DNA from: an uncultured Candidatus Poseidoniales archaeon
Lineage (GTDB): Archaea; Thermoplasmatota; Poseidoniia; Poseidoniales; Thalassarchaeaceae
Assembly: GCA_902573085.1 (NCBI GenBank)
Contig: CACGHY010000001.1
Location: 46,726-110,725, forward strand
DNA: 64,000 bases
Reading direction: 5' to 3'
Position 1 is the stretch's first letter. Each line of letters begins with the position of its first letter. The notes under the pieces are model-generated. The model searched no databases. It was not told the DNA's origin and worked only from the letters and a program-made list of their open reading frames with translations. Positions 1 through 10,062 of this stretch are shown one piece after another. Both the position numbers and the translations under genes were made by a program.

Positions 1-612
1 TCACTTTCACTTTCATGGAGGATTTGTTCATGCCTCGCAGTGTGCTTGAGGCCATTCATTCCGTTTTCATCGGATAGGCTATGGGGGATGCTAGGAAATC
101 AGAATGACATTGACAACGTACTTTGGGAGGATTCAATGGATATGGAAATCAACCTCTTCTGGAACCCGGAAACCCCTGAACCATTATTCTCCCGGCTCGA
201 TCTAGAGGAGATTCTCGAGCGAGAGAGCTCCCTCGTCGACAGTAAGGACAATGACGAATCACCCATCCCCGGTGATGGGGGCGGTTACATAGACTTCGAA
301 GATTTCATGAAAGTGGATTTGCGAACTGGGAGAATCGTTTCTGTGGATGACCACCCAAATGCGGACAAACTCTTCGTAATCACAATCGAGGAAGGGCCCG
401 ACTCAACCAGAACTGTTTGCGCAGGTCTAAAGGGCCATTACAACCCATCAGATTTGGAGGGTCTGAACGTTGTATTCGTAGCTAACTTAGAGCCAAGGAA
501 ACTCAGAGGAGTGATTTCCGAGGGAATGATACTTGCAGCAGACGACGGTGAAGGGAGGGTCAAAGTCCTAGTTACAGAGGGCGATATCCTATCCGGTTCA
601 AGGGTGAGGTAG
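1..612 (+). CDS. metG: methionyl-tRNA synthetase, C-terminal tRNA-binding (Trbp111/EMAP-like) domain; 5' end lies outside the window
   Basis: Frame is open from nt 1 with no upstream stop. Motif ...IDFEDFMKVDLRTGRIVSVDDHPNADKLFVITIEEG... is typical of the MetRS C-terminal OB-fold tRNA-binding domain. Confidence 0.5.
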   Translation, partial: SLSLSWRICSCLAVCLRPFIPFSSDRLWGMLGNQNDIDNVLWEDSMDMEINLFWNPETPEPLFSRLDLEEILERESSLVDSKDNDESPIPGDGGGYIDFEDFMKVDLRTGRIVSVDDHPNADKLFVITIEEGPDSTRTVCAGLKGHYNPSDLEGLNVVFVANLEPRKLRGVISEGMILAADDGEGRVKVLVTEGDILSGSRVR

Positions 613-2355
613 TCAGGCATCTCTCCTGCCGATTACTACAGATGATGCCAAAATACTCGATATTGCCGCAAAAAGGCCGAATCCCGGTGTGAATACTCCA
701 CCAGTCGGCATTCCCGCCCATGAGTCATAGAACATGACTTGGAAGTCTCTGTCCCTATACTCATCATCATCATCGCAGGGGTCGATCACCTTCTCAGTCC
801 TAGAAATCGAGTAGGCATCTCCTGCAGACGTATACCCATCGTTGTCGTTGTCGGACCATGATAGAGTCCATTGGTAGCACCTGTCAGTATAAGTGGACGT
901 TTGTTCGCTCAGTTGCATTTCTGTGACTAGTGTGCTCTCATTACCGGTCTCCCCCGATTCCCCATCGATTGCATAGACGCGCATGACGATCTCGTCCAAG
1001 TTGACTTCCTCGAAGTGCTCCTCACTAAGATCTGCAGACCATGTCTTGGCATTGCCTGAATCCTCCTCAATCTCGTTTTCCATCTTCATAGTCATCGAGG
1101 TTCGTGGGACCGAGGTATCAATTTCGATATCAATCAACGAGGCGTCCATTATCTCAATCGCGCAGCTATCCATCCCATGAATCGATGAAATCTGTAAAAG
1201 CCTCAGTTCAGGGGTGCTTCCAACAAATTCTAGTGTCGCGACTAGAGCCTTCCCTTGGTTTATTCCTTCGGCCGTGTTGACTCCATCATCGTATGATAGT
1301 GTCCAATTATCCGTCCAACCAAATGGGTAATTATCGAGAAACTCATCACACTCAGACTCATCCTCATCGCCCTCGTCATCTCCCTCCTCGGCTTCCGAGA
1401 ATGGGTTTTCGTATTGGTAGACCTCGTCTCTCGCGTAGTACCAGGATCCTGAGTTAGAATTGCCAATTCGGTAATTTATCCCATCGGGGCTCTGTACTGT
1501 GGTTTGCTCGATAGAAATGTCCCCCATGAATCTCATAACCATGCTGTTGTACACAATTTCGTTTACGGGATCATGTCCCATAATCGCCTCCACTGATGTA
1601 GTATTGGCATTAGTGTCGCTTTCCAACCCATCTTCTTCGTCGGTTTCTGCGACCACAATCACTCTGACGAATGCAGTCTCGTTTTTTAGCGCATCAATAG
1701 ACGCCTCAAAGCCATCAGGGTCCCCGTCGTTATCGCTATCAGCTAGGAACTCCTCAAGATTCTCCAAAGTCATAACGAATGGGTATTCGCACATTGTCTC
1801 GTTGCTTTCTGTGGAGCTGGGATCGTAGTTAACAGCAACAATATCGGTGCAGCCCTCTGACTCCGCCCAGTCGTACACTCCGTCATCGTCCTCATCGTAG
1901 TCACATGAGCCATCATCATCGGTGGATGAGGAGTTGTGATTGTTGGCATTGACATCTGTGCAACCGAGCTGCTCGAACGCATCTATTATCCCGTCTCCGT
2001 CACTATCGTAAACGCAGGTCCCATCATCATCTGTGGCGTTAATATCGTAATTGTAAGCTTCAGAGTAAGTGCATCCAGGTACAGGATTTGGGACAACAGG
2101 GTAACGGCACGAGCCATCGTCACTTGTGGCTGATGGATTATGATTTAGTGCATCAGGGTACATGCAACCAAGGATTAGGGCAGGTTCATCAGGATAAATG
2201 CAGCTTCCATCGTCTATAATGGAAGATGAGTTGAAGTTTACAGCCTCCGCATAGGTGCATCCCATTGCCTGCTCTGTAGTTTCAATATCAGATTGTGTGC
2301 ATCCGGACATCAAAATAGGTGTTATCAAGATTATGCCAATTAGCAAAGACCTCAT
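613..2355 (-). CDS. acidic secreted surface protein with tandem Ca-binding-like repeats (GCT..A.N.N...DDDGSC.Y) and a PGF-CTERM archaeosortase sorting signal
   Basis: True start is probably MRSLLIGIILITPILMSGC (signal peptide/lipobox-like) at 2355, not the longer ORF that would overlap folA. There are more than 6 degenerate repeats carrying DDDG(S/T)C motifs (thrombospondin type-3-like). The C-terminus ...TPGFGLFAAISSILASSVVIGRRDA is a PGF motif plus TM helix plus basic tail. Confidence 0.6.
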   Translation of the reverse strand: MRSLLIGIILITPILMSGCTQSDIETTEQAMGCTYAEAVNFNSSSIIDDGSCIYPDEPALILGCMYPDALNHNPSATSDDGSCRYPVVPNPVPGCTYSEAYNYDINATDDDGTCVYDSDGDGIIDAFEQLGCTDVNANNHNSSSTDDDGSCDYDEDDDGVYDWAESEGCTDIVAVNYDPSSTESNETMCEYPFVMTLENLEEFLADSDNDGDPDGFEASIDALKNETAFVRVIVVAETDEEDGLESDTNANTTSVEAIMGHDPVNEIVYNSMVMRFMGDISIEQTTVQSPDGINYRIGNSNSGSWYYARDEVYQYENPFSEAEEGDDEGDEDESECDEFLDNYPFGWTDNWTLSYDDGVNTAEGINQGKALVATLEFVGSTPELRLLQISSIHGMDSCAIEIMDASLIDIEIDTSVPRTSMTMKMENEIEEDSGNAKTWSADLSEEHFEEVNLDEIVMRVYAIDGESGETGNESTLVTEMQLSEQTSTYTDRCYQWTLSWSDNDNDGYTSAGDAYSISRTEKVIDPCDDDDEYRDRDFQVMFYDSWAGMPTGGVFTPGFGLFAAISSILASSVVIGRRDA

Positions 2356-2380
2356 GACTTCCCGCTGGATAAGAGGCAAA

Positions 2381-2890
2381 TCAATTCTTTGTCCAGATTG
2401 AGTAGGTGGAATCGTAATCGTTTTGTTCATCAGCCCCAACAGTCTCGAGTAGTAGTTGGCTCCACTGTGATCGATCCCACTCTGGGAAGAAAACATCGCC
2501 ACTATCATTCGTTTGAACCTCAGTAACGTGAATTTCCTCCACTCTGTCCATGAACATCTCATATATCTGAGCCCCTCCTATAATCCAACATTCATCACTT
2601 CCTTCCGCGAATGCAATCTCTATCGCTCTACCTACGTACAGGGCTGTGATGGCCCCCTCATCCTCCCAATCTGTGTCTCTTGACATTACGATATTTACTC
2701 TATCAGGAAGGGGCCTGAATCGATCCGGTAGAGAATGCCATGTGCGCCTTCCCATGACCACTGAGTTGAATCCATCCGCCTCCGTCAATTCTTTGAAACG
2801 GGCCATATCGCTAGATAGTCTCCATGGCAAACCATTGCCCTTCCCAATGCACCCGTCCCTATCCATAGCAACGATCATGGCTATTTTCAT
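2381..2890 (-). CDS. folA: dihydrofolate reductase
   Basis: MKIAMIVAMDRDGCIGKGNGLPWRL...GRRTWHSLP...IIGGAQIY is a classic DHFR signature. It lies immediately downstream of thyA. Confidence 0.85.
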   Translation of the reverse strand: MKIAMIVAMDRDGCIGKGNGLPWRLSSDMARFKELTEADGFNSVVMGRRTWHSLPDRFRPLPDRVNIVMSRDTDWEDEGAITALYVGRAIEIAFAEGSDECWIIGGAQIYEMFMDRVEEIHVTEVQTNDSGDVFFPEWDRSQWSQLLLETVGADEQNDYDSTYSIWTKN

Positions 2891-2897
2891 TTTATCA

Positions 2898-3692
2898 CTA
2901 AACCGATATTGGAGCTGCTATATGTGGATGGTGTTCATATTCGACGATGGATATGTGCTCGAATCTGAAGTCATCAATCGATTTTATCGATTTATCTAAT
3001 TCCAGCTTCGGTAGCTTTAGAGGTTTCCTGGAAACCTGCAAACGAGCTTGCTCTATGTGATTCAGGTAAAGATGGCAATCCCCACCCGTCCAAATAAACT
3101 CACCAGGCTCTAGATCGCAAACCTGCGCAATCATGCAAGTCAGTAGGCTGTAGGACGAGATATTGAATGGAACCCCAAGAAAAACGTCCGCACTCCTCTG
3201 ATATAGGTTACAAGACAGGCTTCCATCGTTAACGTAGAACTGGAAGAATGCGTGACATGGCATTAATGCCATATCCTGCAGATCTCCCACGTTCCATGCC
3301 GAAACAATGATTCGTCTACTGTTGGGGTCATTTTTGATAAGATCTATTGCCGCTTCTATTTGATCTATGACTCTACCGTCATTTGACTCCCATTTCCTCC
3401 ACTGTTTTCCATAAACCGGACCGAGATCTCCATTCTCATCCGCCCAATCGTTCCATATCCTGACTTTGTTTTGAGTAAGGTACTCGATATTGGTATCTCC
3501 GGATAGGAACCAAAGTAGCTCATGAATCACACTAGGCCAATGAACTCTTTTCGTTGTAATGGCAGGAAAACCTTCGCTCAGATCGAACCTCATCTGATGG
3601 CCGAAAAGTGAAATGGTACCCGTACCAGTCCTGTCCCCTTTGTCCTCACCCTCGTCGAGGACTCGATTTAACAAATCAAGATACTGTCTCAT
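2898..3692 (-). CDS. thyA: thymidylate synthase (ThyA type)
   Basis: 264 aa with the conserved ThyA motifs (...[13 protein letters not shown]..., WNVGDL...). Confidence 0.85.
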   Translation of the reverse strand: MRQYLDLLNRVLDEGEDKGDRTGTGTISLFGHQMRFDLSEGFPAITTKRVHWPSVIHELLWFLSGDTNIEYLTQNKVRIWNDWADENGDLGPVYGKQWRKWESNDGRVIDQIEAAIDLIKNDPNSRRIIVSAWNVGDLQDMALMPCHAFFQFYVNDGSLSCNLYQRSADVFLGVPFNISSYSLLTCMIAQVCDLEPGEFIWTGGDCHLYLNHIEQARLQVSRKPLKLPKLELDKSIKSIDDFRFEHISIVEYEHHPHIAAPISV

Positions 3693-3732
3693 ACAGATCC
3701 CTTGGTAGGTAGGTAGTCCATCAAGAATGCCC

Positions 3733-4509
3733 CTAGGGTGCTCCCCTCATAGCCAGTGTGTTGACAAGTTGGTCTGAGAATTTTCGATACAATTTCCTCA
3801 TTTCACGCTGGCGATCATCCGTGCTCTTGTCCATCATTGAAGCCACCCATGAGTCATCTATAGATCCGCCATCAGCATGAGCCGCCCATTCTGAGAATGT
3901 AATCGGATCGTCAATAATCAGATCTATTCTCTTCCACGGCTTGGGTAGTATTGTACCTGGAGGCATGAAGTCTCTGGCTCCGATGGAAAGGGTTACTGGG
4001 ACAATTGGCACATCTGGGAAAAGTGCCGCTAGTCTTGCGAAACCCGTTTTCGCCGGCTGCAGTAATGGAGCTTCTACCCTTCTCGATCTCGTGCCTTCTG
4101 GAAATATTCCCAGACAACAACCGCTCTCGATAACATCCACAGCCCTTGATAGGGCATCCCTCGCACCAGAACCCCTGAATGTTTCAATTTGACCGGTAGA
4201 GACCATTACGAATCTATTGGGCTGCTTGTCAAAGTGCCCTTCCTTCGCCAAGAAGTGAATCGGCCTCTGGGATCCTAGAATCTTGATGAATGGGTCTAGA
4301 TTGCCTAGGTGGTTTCCACAGAATATTGCTGGTCCTTTCATAGGAACCTTGTGTGCCCCAATTATGTGCACATTGGTTATACTTCTGAGGAGAGATGGAA
4401 CATACTTTTCTAAGAATCTGTAGATGAGGGGTGTGGAGAACGCCTCTCCTGTACCCTCTAGGTTAACCCAGGAGCTAATACTATCCATGGATTTCTCTGA
4501 TAGTGCCAT
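3733..4509 (-). CDS. lysophospholipid (1-acyl-sn-glycerol-3-phosphate) acyltransferase family protein, PlsC-like
   Basis: Carries the HX4D motif ([12 protein letters not shown]) and the FPEGTRS motif characteristic of the bacterial PlsC/LPLAT family. Confidence 0.65.
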   Translation of the reverse strand: MALSEKSMDSISSWVNLEGTGEAFSTPLIYRFLEKYVPSLLRSITNVHIIGAHKVPMKGPAIFCGNHLGNLDPFIKILGSQRPIHFLAKEGHFDKQPNRFVMVSTGQIETFRGSGARDALSRAVDVIESGCCLGIFPEGTRSRRVEAPLLQPAKTGFARLAALFPDVPIVPVTLSIGARDFMPPGTILPKPWKRIDLIIDDPITFSEWAAHADGGSIDDSWVASMMDKSTDDRQREMRKLYRKFSDQLVNTLAMRGAP

Positions 4510-4583
4510 ATCTGCGCCACCGAGTTATCGGTTTCATACTTTACAGTTGAAATGTTGAAGTGGCATATTGCTTGGTAAGTACC

Positions 4584-5687
4584 ATGCACAGCAGATGCTG
4601 GGCCCTTTCACTGGGCCTTATTTTACTCTCGCCGATTGTTGCACCGTCTGCTGTCGGGGAATGGGGAACTGATACCTGGCTAAAGAATATAATCGGACCT
4701 GAGAGATTAGAACAAGGTGATGAATTCGGGTGCCATGGGTTTGAGGGTGTGGATACCATCGAGGAAAACTGGGTAATATCCGGATGCAAGGATTATCTAG
4801 CAGGATTGACAGATTCCTCAAAGTGGGGAAATGATCCCGTTTCATTCGGAATAGAGGCCGATATGCTAACTCAAGATACAGTCACCTCGCTTCTAGATTC
4901 TGGATTTGTAATTGTTGGCGACTCTTTGAAGGAAGTCCCAGACGAACTCGTTTCTATGGTTAGGAACGGTGGTAGTCTTGAGAAAGGAGTTGCTGACATA
5001 GAGCTGCTCGAGTCGGCAGAGGCGGACTCGTTGGTCTCTGTACACTGGAGGGCAAGGGTTGGAGACTTCCGAGTTAGGGATGATGCTGACGTAATATCTT
5101 GGTTAGAGGACCAACAGGTCTGGTTCACCACTTGGGGAGAATGGCATTTTCACGGAATATCCGGACGTTCTACTACAGTGATTTCGGATGGTAAAGTTCT
5201 GACTTCAACATCCCCTCCTCCAAAGAGGTGGAACGTACCTGGAACGATCATGCTCCAATTCGAACAGAATGTCATATCTGTTTCCGACTCCAGTGGTGCT
5301 GAGATCCCTCTGATCTCACCAGATCTCCGAGACCTCTCAATCGGTTGGAGGCCGACTGAAACAGGTATGCTGCTAACCCAGGCCCCAGGAACAAACATCA
5401 CGATAGAACTCGATGGCACAGTCGATGCAATCGAAACAACACCTATGAGCACTTTCAATGGACTACATCATGGTGTAACGATAGTAGGTCATCACACCTC
5501 TAATCTGTTCAGATGGACACAAGACTTCCCCGAAACCATCCTTTCTTTTACATGGCTAGTCGAGAGGCCGGAGAAAGAGGGGATCAGCTGGATTATACCA
5601 GTATTCGCAGTATCGATGATTATTGCTGTGCCTGCATCTATTTACTTTCTAGTGAGAAATGACGGCAACAAGACTTCTATTGATTAG
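4584..5687 (+). CDS. hypothetical secreted protein with a C-terminal TM anchor
   Basis: N-terminal signal peptide (MHSRCWALSLGLILLSPIVAPSAVG), acidic body, and a C-terminal hydrophobic helix plus ...FLVRNDGNKTSID. No recognisable catalytic motif. Confidence 0.4.
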   Translation: MHSRCWALSLGLILLSPIVAPSAVGEWGTDTWLKNIIGPERLEQGDEFGCHGFEGVDTIEENWVISGCKDYLAGLTDSSKWGNDPVSFGIEADMLTQDTVTSLLDSGFVIVGDSLKEVPDELVSMVRNGGSLEKGVADIELLESAEADSLVSVHWRARVGDFRVRDDADVISWLEDQQVWFTTWGEWHFHGISGRSTTVISDGKVLTSTSPPPKRWNVPGTIMLQFEQNVISVSDSSGAEIPLISPDLRDLSIGWRPTETGMLLTQAPGTNITIELDGTVDAIETTPMSTFNGLHHGVTIVGHHTSNLFRWTQDFPETILSFTWLVERPEKEGISWIIPVFAVSMIIAVPASIYFLVRNDGNKTSID

Positions 5688-6777
5688 TGGGAGTGGTGAC
5701 AGGTCCATGGACTTCCACTCCCTCATCAATCAACCTACTTACTATTCTGTTTACCGATTCGGGCGACATAGACTCAGGAGGGTGAACACCCGGGGGGAGC
5801 ATTTCTGGATTATTCAACCACTCTTCCACGCAGCATACTGTCACTAAGCCGGTCGAACGCGCCATTGAGTGTCCTTCATCGCTACCGTGATCTTGAACAG
5901 TCCACCTCATGCGCGTACCATCCCTACCTTGGGCAAATACTTCCATCCATGTGAACTCGGGGGTCTTTTCGTTATATTGCCATTCTGAGGTAATCCTTTC
6001 AACGTCAATCTCAGCATTCTCAGTTTCGTCGAGGAACATCTGAATGTGTCCGGGCCACCTGATAGTGTATTCTGAGAGCTCCTCTGCTGGTATCGTGGTC
6101 AGCACACTCCTCAATCCGTCGGTAAGAAATGCCTCCATGATGCCTTTACCTTGGACCTCGATATCATGCCTTTCCGATAGTGCGGGCAATATGGCCAGTT
6201 CCGAGCCCCTGATGACTCTGGCTGGCCTGGTATATTCTGCAATGACGTCAATTGGAGAGAATGGAGCCATGTAATTCCATCCACCTGCAGGAGAAGTTGG
6301 GTTTCCACCAACTCGAACTTCTCCTTTCACTAGAGGGCCCATTTCATCATACGCACTGGAGAGAAGCATGTTTGACAGGCCGGGAGCTATCCCCGTATCC
6401 CATAGGATTCTTGCACCGTGATCTTTAGCCTTGGCGTCATCCCTGTCTGGAGTGAACTGGCTGAAGCTAAGATCCACGGTTCTCCAAGGAAGCTCTGCGA
6501 GAGCCGTTGTACTAGAATGTCCTATGTCTCCCGGTAGCATGTTCACTACAATGTCCCGAGAGGGATCGAAGTCGAACCCATCTTGTTTCGTAATCATATC
6601 TAACATGACATCTATTGGATAGTCATCCGGATCGAGGTGATGTACCTCCACTCCTGGAGTTCCAAGAACACGGAATGGTTGTGGATCGTAAGCGTGTACG
6701 ATATGGCCTGAATCGGCTAACTTCGATGCAACGAAGGAACCGACAAGCCCCACACCGAAGCAATGGACATTGGCCAT
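5677..6777 (-). CDS. saccharopine dehydrogenase-like NAD(P)-binding oxidoreductase
   Basis: N-terminal Rossmann GxGxxG (FGVGLVGSFVASKL). The overall pattern matches the saccharopine dehydrogenase family. Confidence 0.5.
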   Translation of the reverse strand: MANVHCFGVGLVGSFVASKLADSGHIVHAYDPQPFRVLGTPGVEVHHLDPDDYPIDVMLDMITKQDGFDFDPSRDIVVNMLPGDIGHSSTTALAELPWRTVDLSFSQFTPDRDDAKAKDHGARILWDTGIAPGLSNMLLSSAYDEMGPLVKGEVRVGGNPTSPAGGWNYMAPFSPIDVIAEYTRPARVIRGSELAILPALSERHDIEVQGKGIMEAFLTDGLRSVLTTIPAEELSEYTIRWPGHIQMFLDETENAEIDVERITSEWQYNEKTPEFTWMEVFAQGRDGTRMRWTVQDHGSDEGHSMARSTGLVTVCCVEEWLNNPEMLPPGVHPPESMSPESVNRIVSRLIDEGVEVHGPVTTPTNQ

Positions 6778-6876
6778 GTTTCCTTTTTTTCGAGATCGTT
6801 TTACTTTGTAACTGTTCGCAGTTCATATTACAAAATCTTGCGATGCCTTGATTGGGTGTAATACGAGCCGCAATTC

Positions 6877-8259
6877 ATGGTAAGAGGGGGTAGCATTGAT
6901 CCTTGGTCATCAGAACAATCTACCGACTATGATAGAATGATTGAACAATTCGGCTTGACTCCAATGGACCTCGGGTCTATACCAAATCCAGGAATGCTAC
7001 ATAGGCGTGGTATAGTATTCGCACACCGGGACATGGACGTGATTACCGATTCGATAACTAAGGGGGATCCATTCGGGGTTCTTACTGGCCTAATGCCTAG
7101 CGGGAGGATGCATCTTGGACATAGCATGGTTATAGAGCAAGTTCGCTGGTTTCAGGAGCAGGGTGCTGACGTAACCGTTGCCGTTGCCGACTTGGAGGCA
7201 CTCGCGACCAGAGGAACCTCCCTTTCAAAAGGAAGGGAAACTGCGTTACGAGAGTACATCTTGAACTATGCAGCATTGGGTTTGAACTCGGACAAGACTA
7301 GCGTGTATTTCCAGAGTTCTAGGCCAGAAGTTCAGAGGCTTGGCTTCACTCTAGGGAGGCGTACTAATCTATCAGAATTAGACGCCATTTACGGATTTGG
7401 GGGAGACACAAATCTGGCTCATGTCCAGGCGCCTCTTGTACAGGTTGGAGATATTGTACATCCTCAACTAGATGATTTTGGGGGGTTAAGGCCAATAGTT
7501 GTACCAGTCGGTGTTGACCAAGACCCACACCTCAGACTGACCAGAGATATAACCCAGAAGACTAACTGGTTTAATGTGAAAAAGAGGAAGTCTGGAGGGC
7601 TTACTGTGGCTCTCTCAGTTCAGGAAGACAATCAATCAGAGATGGGGGTTTCCCACACCGGTAGAATAGATATGAATTCGAGGGCCGATCTAGTTTCGAA
7701 CATAGTAGATTCGATTGCTGAACTAGGTTTTTCTGATGTTAATTCTAATCCCAAACATGGGACAATCGAGATACCCGGTGCAACCATGGGTGATCGTTCC
7801 AAAATTAGGATTAATTTACTCCATTTAGAGAGAAATTTGGGCGGACCAGGGCTAATGCCCCCTTGTTCCACTTACCACAGATTCGCCGTAGGCATGACAG
7901 GAGACAAGATGTCATCATCCAAGCCCGAAACTACGATCTTCATGGATGACGAAATTGAATCCATGGAGAGGAAGGTCAAGCGAGCAATCAGCGGTGGTCA
8001 ACCCACAGTGGAAGAACACAGGAGACTAGGGGGGGATGTCTCAAAAGACGTAGCATTTCAGTATCTTCAATTCTTTTTTGAAAATGACGATGTAGCCCTC
8101 GCAGAGGTCAAGTCTGAATACGAAAGCGGTAGGATGCTCGCCGGGGAAGTGAAGCAAATATGCATTGAAAGGGCAACTGAATGGCTCAGTGATCTCAAAG
8201 AAAAGAGGCATCAATTTGAGGACAGTGTTACAGATTTTCTAGCTCCAGATGCTATCTAG
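6877..8259 (+). CDS. trpS: tryptophanyl-tRNA synthetase (archaeal/eukaryotic type)
   Basis: Class I HIGH-like HLGH and KMSKS-like KMSSS motifs. The C-terminal ...DVAFQYLQFFFENDD...SGRMLAGEVKQ... resembles the eukaryotic/archaeal TrpRS C-terminus. Confidence 0.7.
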   Translation: MVRGGSIDPWSSEQSTDYDRMIEQFGLTPMDLGSIPNPGMLHRRGIVFAHRDMDVITDSITKGDPFGVLTGLMPSGRMHLGHSMVIEQVRWFQEQGADVTVAVADLEALATRGTSLSKGRETALREYILNYAALGLNSDKTSVYFQSSRPEVQRLGFTLGRRTNLSELDAIYGFGGDTNLAHVQAPLVQVGDIVHPQLDDFGGLRPIVVPVGVDQDPHLRLTRDITQKTNWFNVKKRKSGGLTVALSVQEDNQSEMGVSHTGRIDMNSRADLVSNIVDSIAELGFSDVNSNPKHGTIEIPGATMGDRSKIRINLLHLERNLGGPGLMPPCSTYHRFAVGMTGDKMSSSKPETTIFMDDEIESMERKVKRAISGGQPTVEEHRRLGGDVSKDVAFQYLQFFFENDDVALAEVKSEYESGRMLAGEVKQICIERATEWLSDLKEKRHQFEDSVTDFLAPDAI

Positions 8260-8837
8260 CGCATCTCGAACACCGGTACCTCAGGGCCTATGTCCAACGA
8301 CTGTATCTCGTTTTCCATTAGGTCCCTAATGATTGCATCATTGTGAATAATCTGGCTCCTGCCCCTCGGGTCCAGTAGTTCGATAAGGAAATGAGAGCTT
8401 CCGGATTTCATCTTTCTTAGGCTCTCCAGGAGCTCTAGAGATGCTTGTACTATATTTTCGTCATCTGCATTTCCTCTCAGTATAGAGCCGACAGCATCTT
8501 CAAATCTTTTTATTACTCCTTCAACATTTGAAACAAATCCACTGGAAGAACCACCCGGTGAGACCTCTAATTCCAGTTGCGGTATTCTAATTGTGCCCGA
8601 TGAAGATCTGACTACTCTTGCTGAGCATTTTTCTGGATTATCAACGATCAAAGAAGAGTACCCCGGCTTCTCACCGTCGGATGGGATGAAGTCGGTATGT
8701 TTCCATCCACATGACTCACAAATTACTGTTATTTGTGTGTGCTCTCCAAAGTATGGAATTTCGGAACTCATTGCCAGCATTGTTAATGCATCGTCTTTGA
8801 GACATTGGGGGCATGGGGCATCTACTTTACTTTGCAT
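8256..8837 (-). CDS. ZPR1-type C4 zinc-finger protein (COG1779-like)
   Basis: CPQC ... CESCGW spacing and a size of about 190 aa match archaeal ZPR1-like zinc-finger proteins. Confidence 0.45.
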   Translation of the reverse strand: MQSKVDAPCPQCLKDDALTMLAMSSEIPYFGEHTQITVICESCGWKHTDFIPSDGEKPGYSSLIVDNPEKCSARVVRSSSGTIRIPQLELEVSPGGSSSGFVSNVEGVIKRFEDAVGSILRGNADDENIVQASLELLESLRKMKSGSSHFLIELLDPRGRSQIIHNDAIIRDLMENEIQSLDIGPEVPVFEMR

Positions 8838-8840
8838 TTG

Positions 8841-9236
8841 TCACTTCACCCTAGCACTATCAAAAGTTGGAGGAAGCAGTAGGAGTCTAGTGTTCCCCAG
8901 GCGAACTAATTGCCCATTTACGTCGTCTTCGACAAAAGCCTGAATTTTTCCAACAGCCATTTGTAATTCCATGTCCCTAGTCATCAAATCCGACATTTCG
9001 ATAATTACAATGTCCCCATCTGAAACCCAGTCCATTATTTGTGAAATTCCAGTAATGTCCTCCAGAACTGCTCTATGGATGATGACATCTCCATCTGACC
9101 TGGGTACTGGGGCATCGGGGAATCTCATTCCCAGATCATGGTATGGCTCGCCTGGATCAATAACGCTCATTCCTTGGTCCGCCATGCTGGGCATTTCCAC
9201 CCACTTAGGGCCATCATCTTCAGCGGACACATTCAC
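8841..9236 (-). CDS. sepF: SepF-like (DUF552) cell-division protein
   Basis: Core ...VIIHRAVLEDITGISQIMDWVSDGDIVIIEMSDL...NGQLVRLGNTRLLLLPP matches the SepF/DUF552 fold pattern. Size is about 130 aa. Confidence 0.5.
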   Translation of the reverse strand: MNVSAEDDGPKWVEMPSMADQGMSVIDPGEPYHDLGMRFPDAPVPRSDGDVIIHRAVLEDITGISQIMDWVSDGDIVIIEMSDLMTRDMELQMAVGKIQAFVEDDVNGQLVRLGNTRLLLLPPTFDSARVK

Positions 9237-9372
9237 CCGACATACTTTACGGCCTTGATATCTTCTGATTGCAAGGATATGTTATTTTGATAATTTATGC
9301 TACTGGGCAAGACCGGCTCCCGTCGCATTGATAAGGGGTCGATACTAGAGTACATCACTGGCCACTCCGCTG

Positions 9373-10008
9373 GTGATCACTATGGATACAACTACTAGCG
9401 CTATAAAGACAGGGACGAGTACCGTTGGAATAACCTACAATGGCGGTGTTGTTGTGGGAGCAGACCACAGGGCTACTATGGGGCATTTCATAGCAAACAA
9501 GTCCGTTCAAAAACTCTTCAGAATATCTGACAACATTGCCCTAACAACGGCAGGTCTGGTCGGACATGCCCAATCACTTTCCCGAGTTCTTGCGGCTGAA
9601 TTGAAGCTATTCGAGCTGAAAAGAGACATGCCTATGACAGTAAAGGGGGCGGCTACTTTCACTGCTAATATCCTATCCGGAAGGCCACACTACGTGCAAT
9701 TACTGATTGTGGGGGTGGATCCTTCTGGTCCTAGTGTATACAGCATCGATTCCGCCGGTGGATCTATACCAGACACCTACTGTGCCACTGGTTCAGGAAG
9801 TCCATACATGTACGGTGTGCTAGAAGACCAATTCAAAACAGGCATGTCAAAGGACCAAGCACTATTACTTGCTGCTAAGTCACTATTAGCATCAGCCCAG
9901 AGAGACGCCGCAAGTGGCAATGGGATGGATTTGGCATTCATCACTAACGAAACTGGATTCACACAGCTATCCGAAGAGGAAGTTTCCACCCTCCTCTCGA
10001 CTATCTGA
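9373..10008 (+). CDS. psmB: proteasome subunit beta
   Basis: Propeptide followed by the active-site TTTVGI..., the GADHRAT motif, and an Ntn-hydrolase pattern. Confidence 0.85.
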   Translation: MITMDTTTSAIKTGTSTVGITYNGGVVVGADHRATMGHFIANKSVQKLFRISDNIALTTAGLVGHAQSLSRVLAAELKLFELKRDMPMTVKGAATFTANILSGRPHYVQLLIVGVDPSGPSVYSIDSAGGSIPDTYCATGSGSPYMYGVLEDQFKTGMSKDQALLLAAKSLLASAQRDAASGNGMDLAFITNETGFTQLSEEEVSTLLSTI

Positions 10009-10062
10009 TTATATTCCCGACTTAGAGCAGTAATTGCCTAGGTTTCACGACAGAGGGATCTT

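Noticed and set aside
2355-2562. Long N-terminal extension of ORF 613..2562 overlapping folA by 180 nt
   Set aside because: The internal Met at 2355 starts a textbook signal peptide (MRSLLIGIILITPILMSGC) and removes the overlap. The extension is not credible.
3900-4200. Numerous 60-110 aa ORFs antisense to or nested within large genes (e.g. 3911..4120, 3941..4192, 16151..16486, 17592..17993, 41522..42097)
   Set aside because: They are fully embedded in well-supported conserved genes on the opposite strand or in another frame. Their composition mirrors the host gene, so they are treated as translation artefacts.
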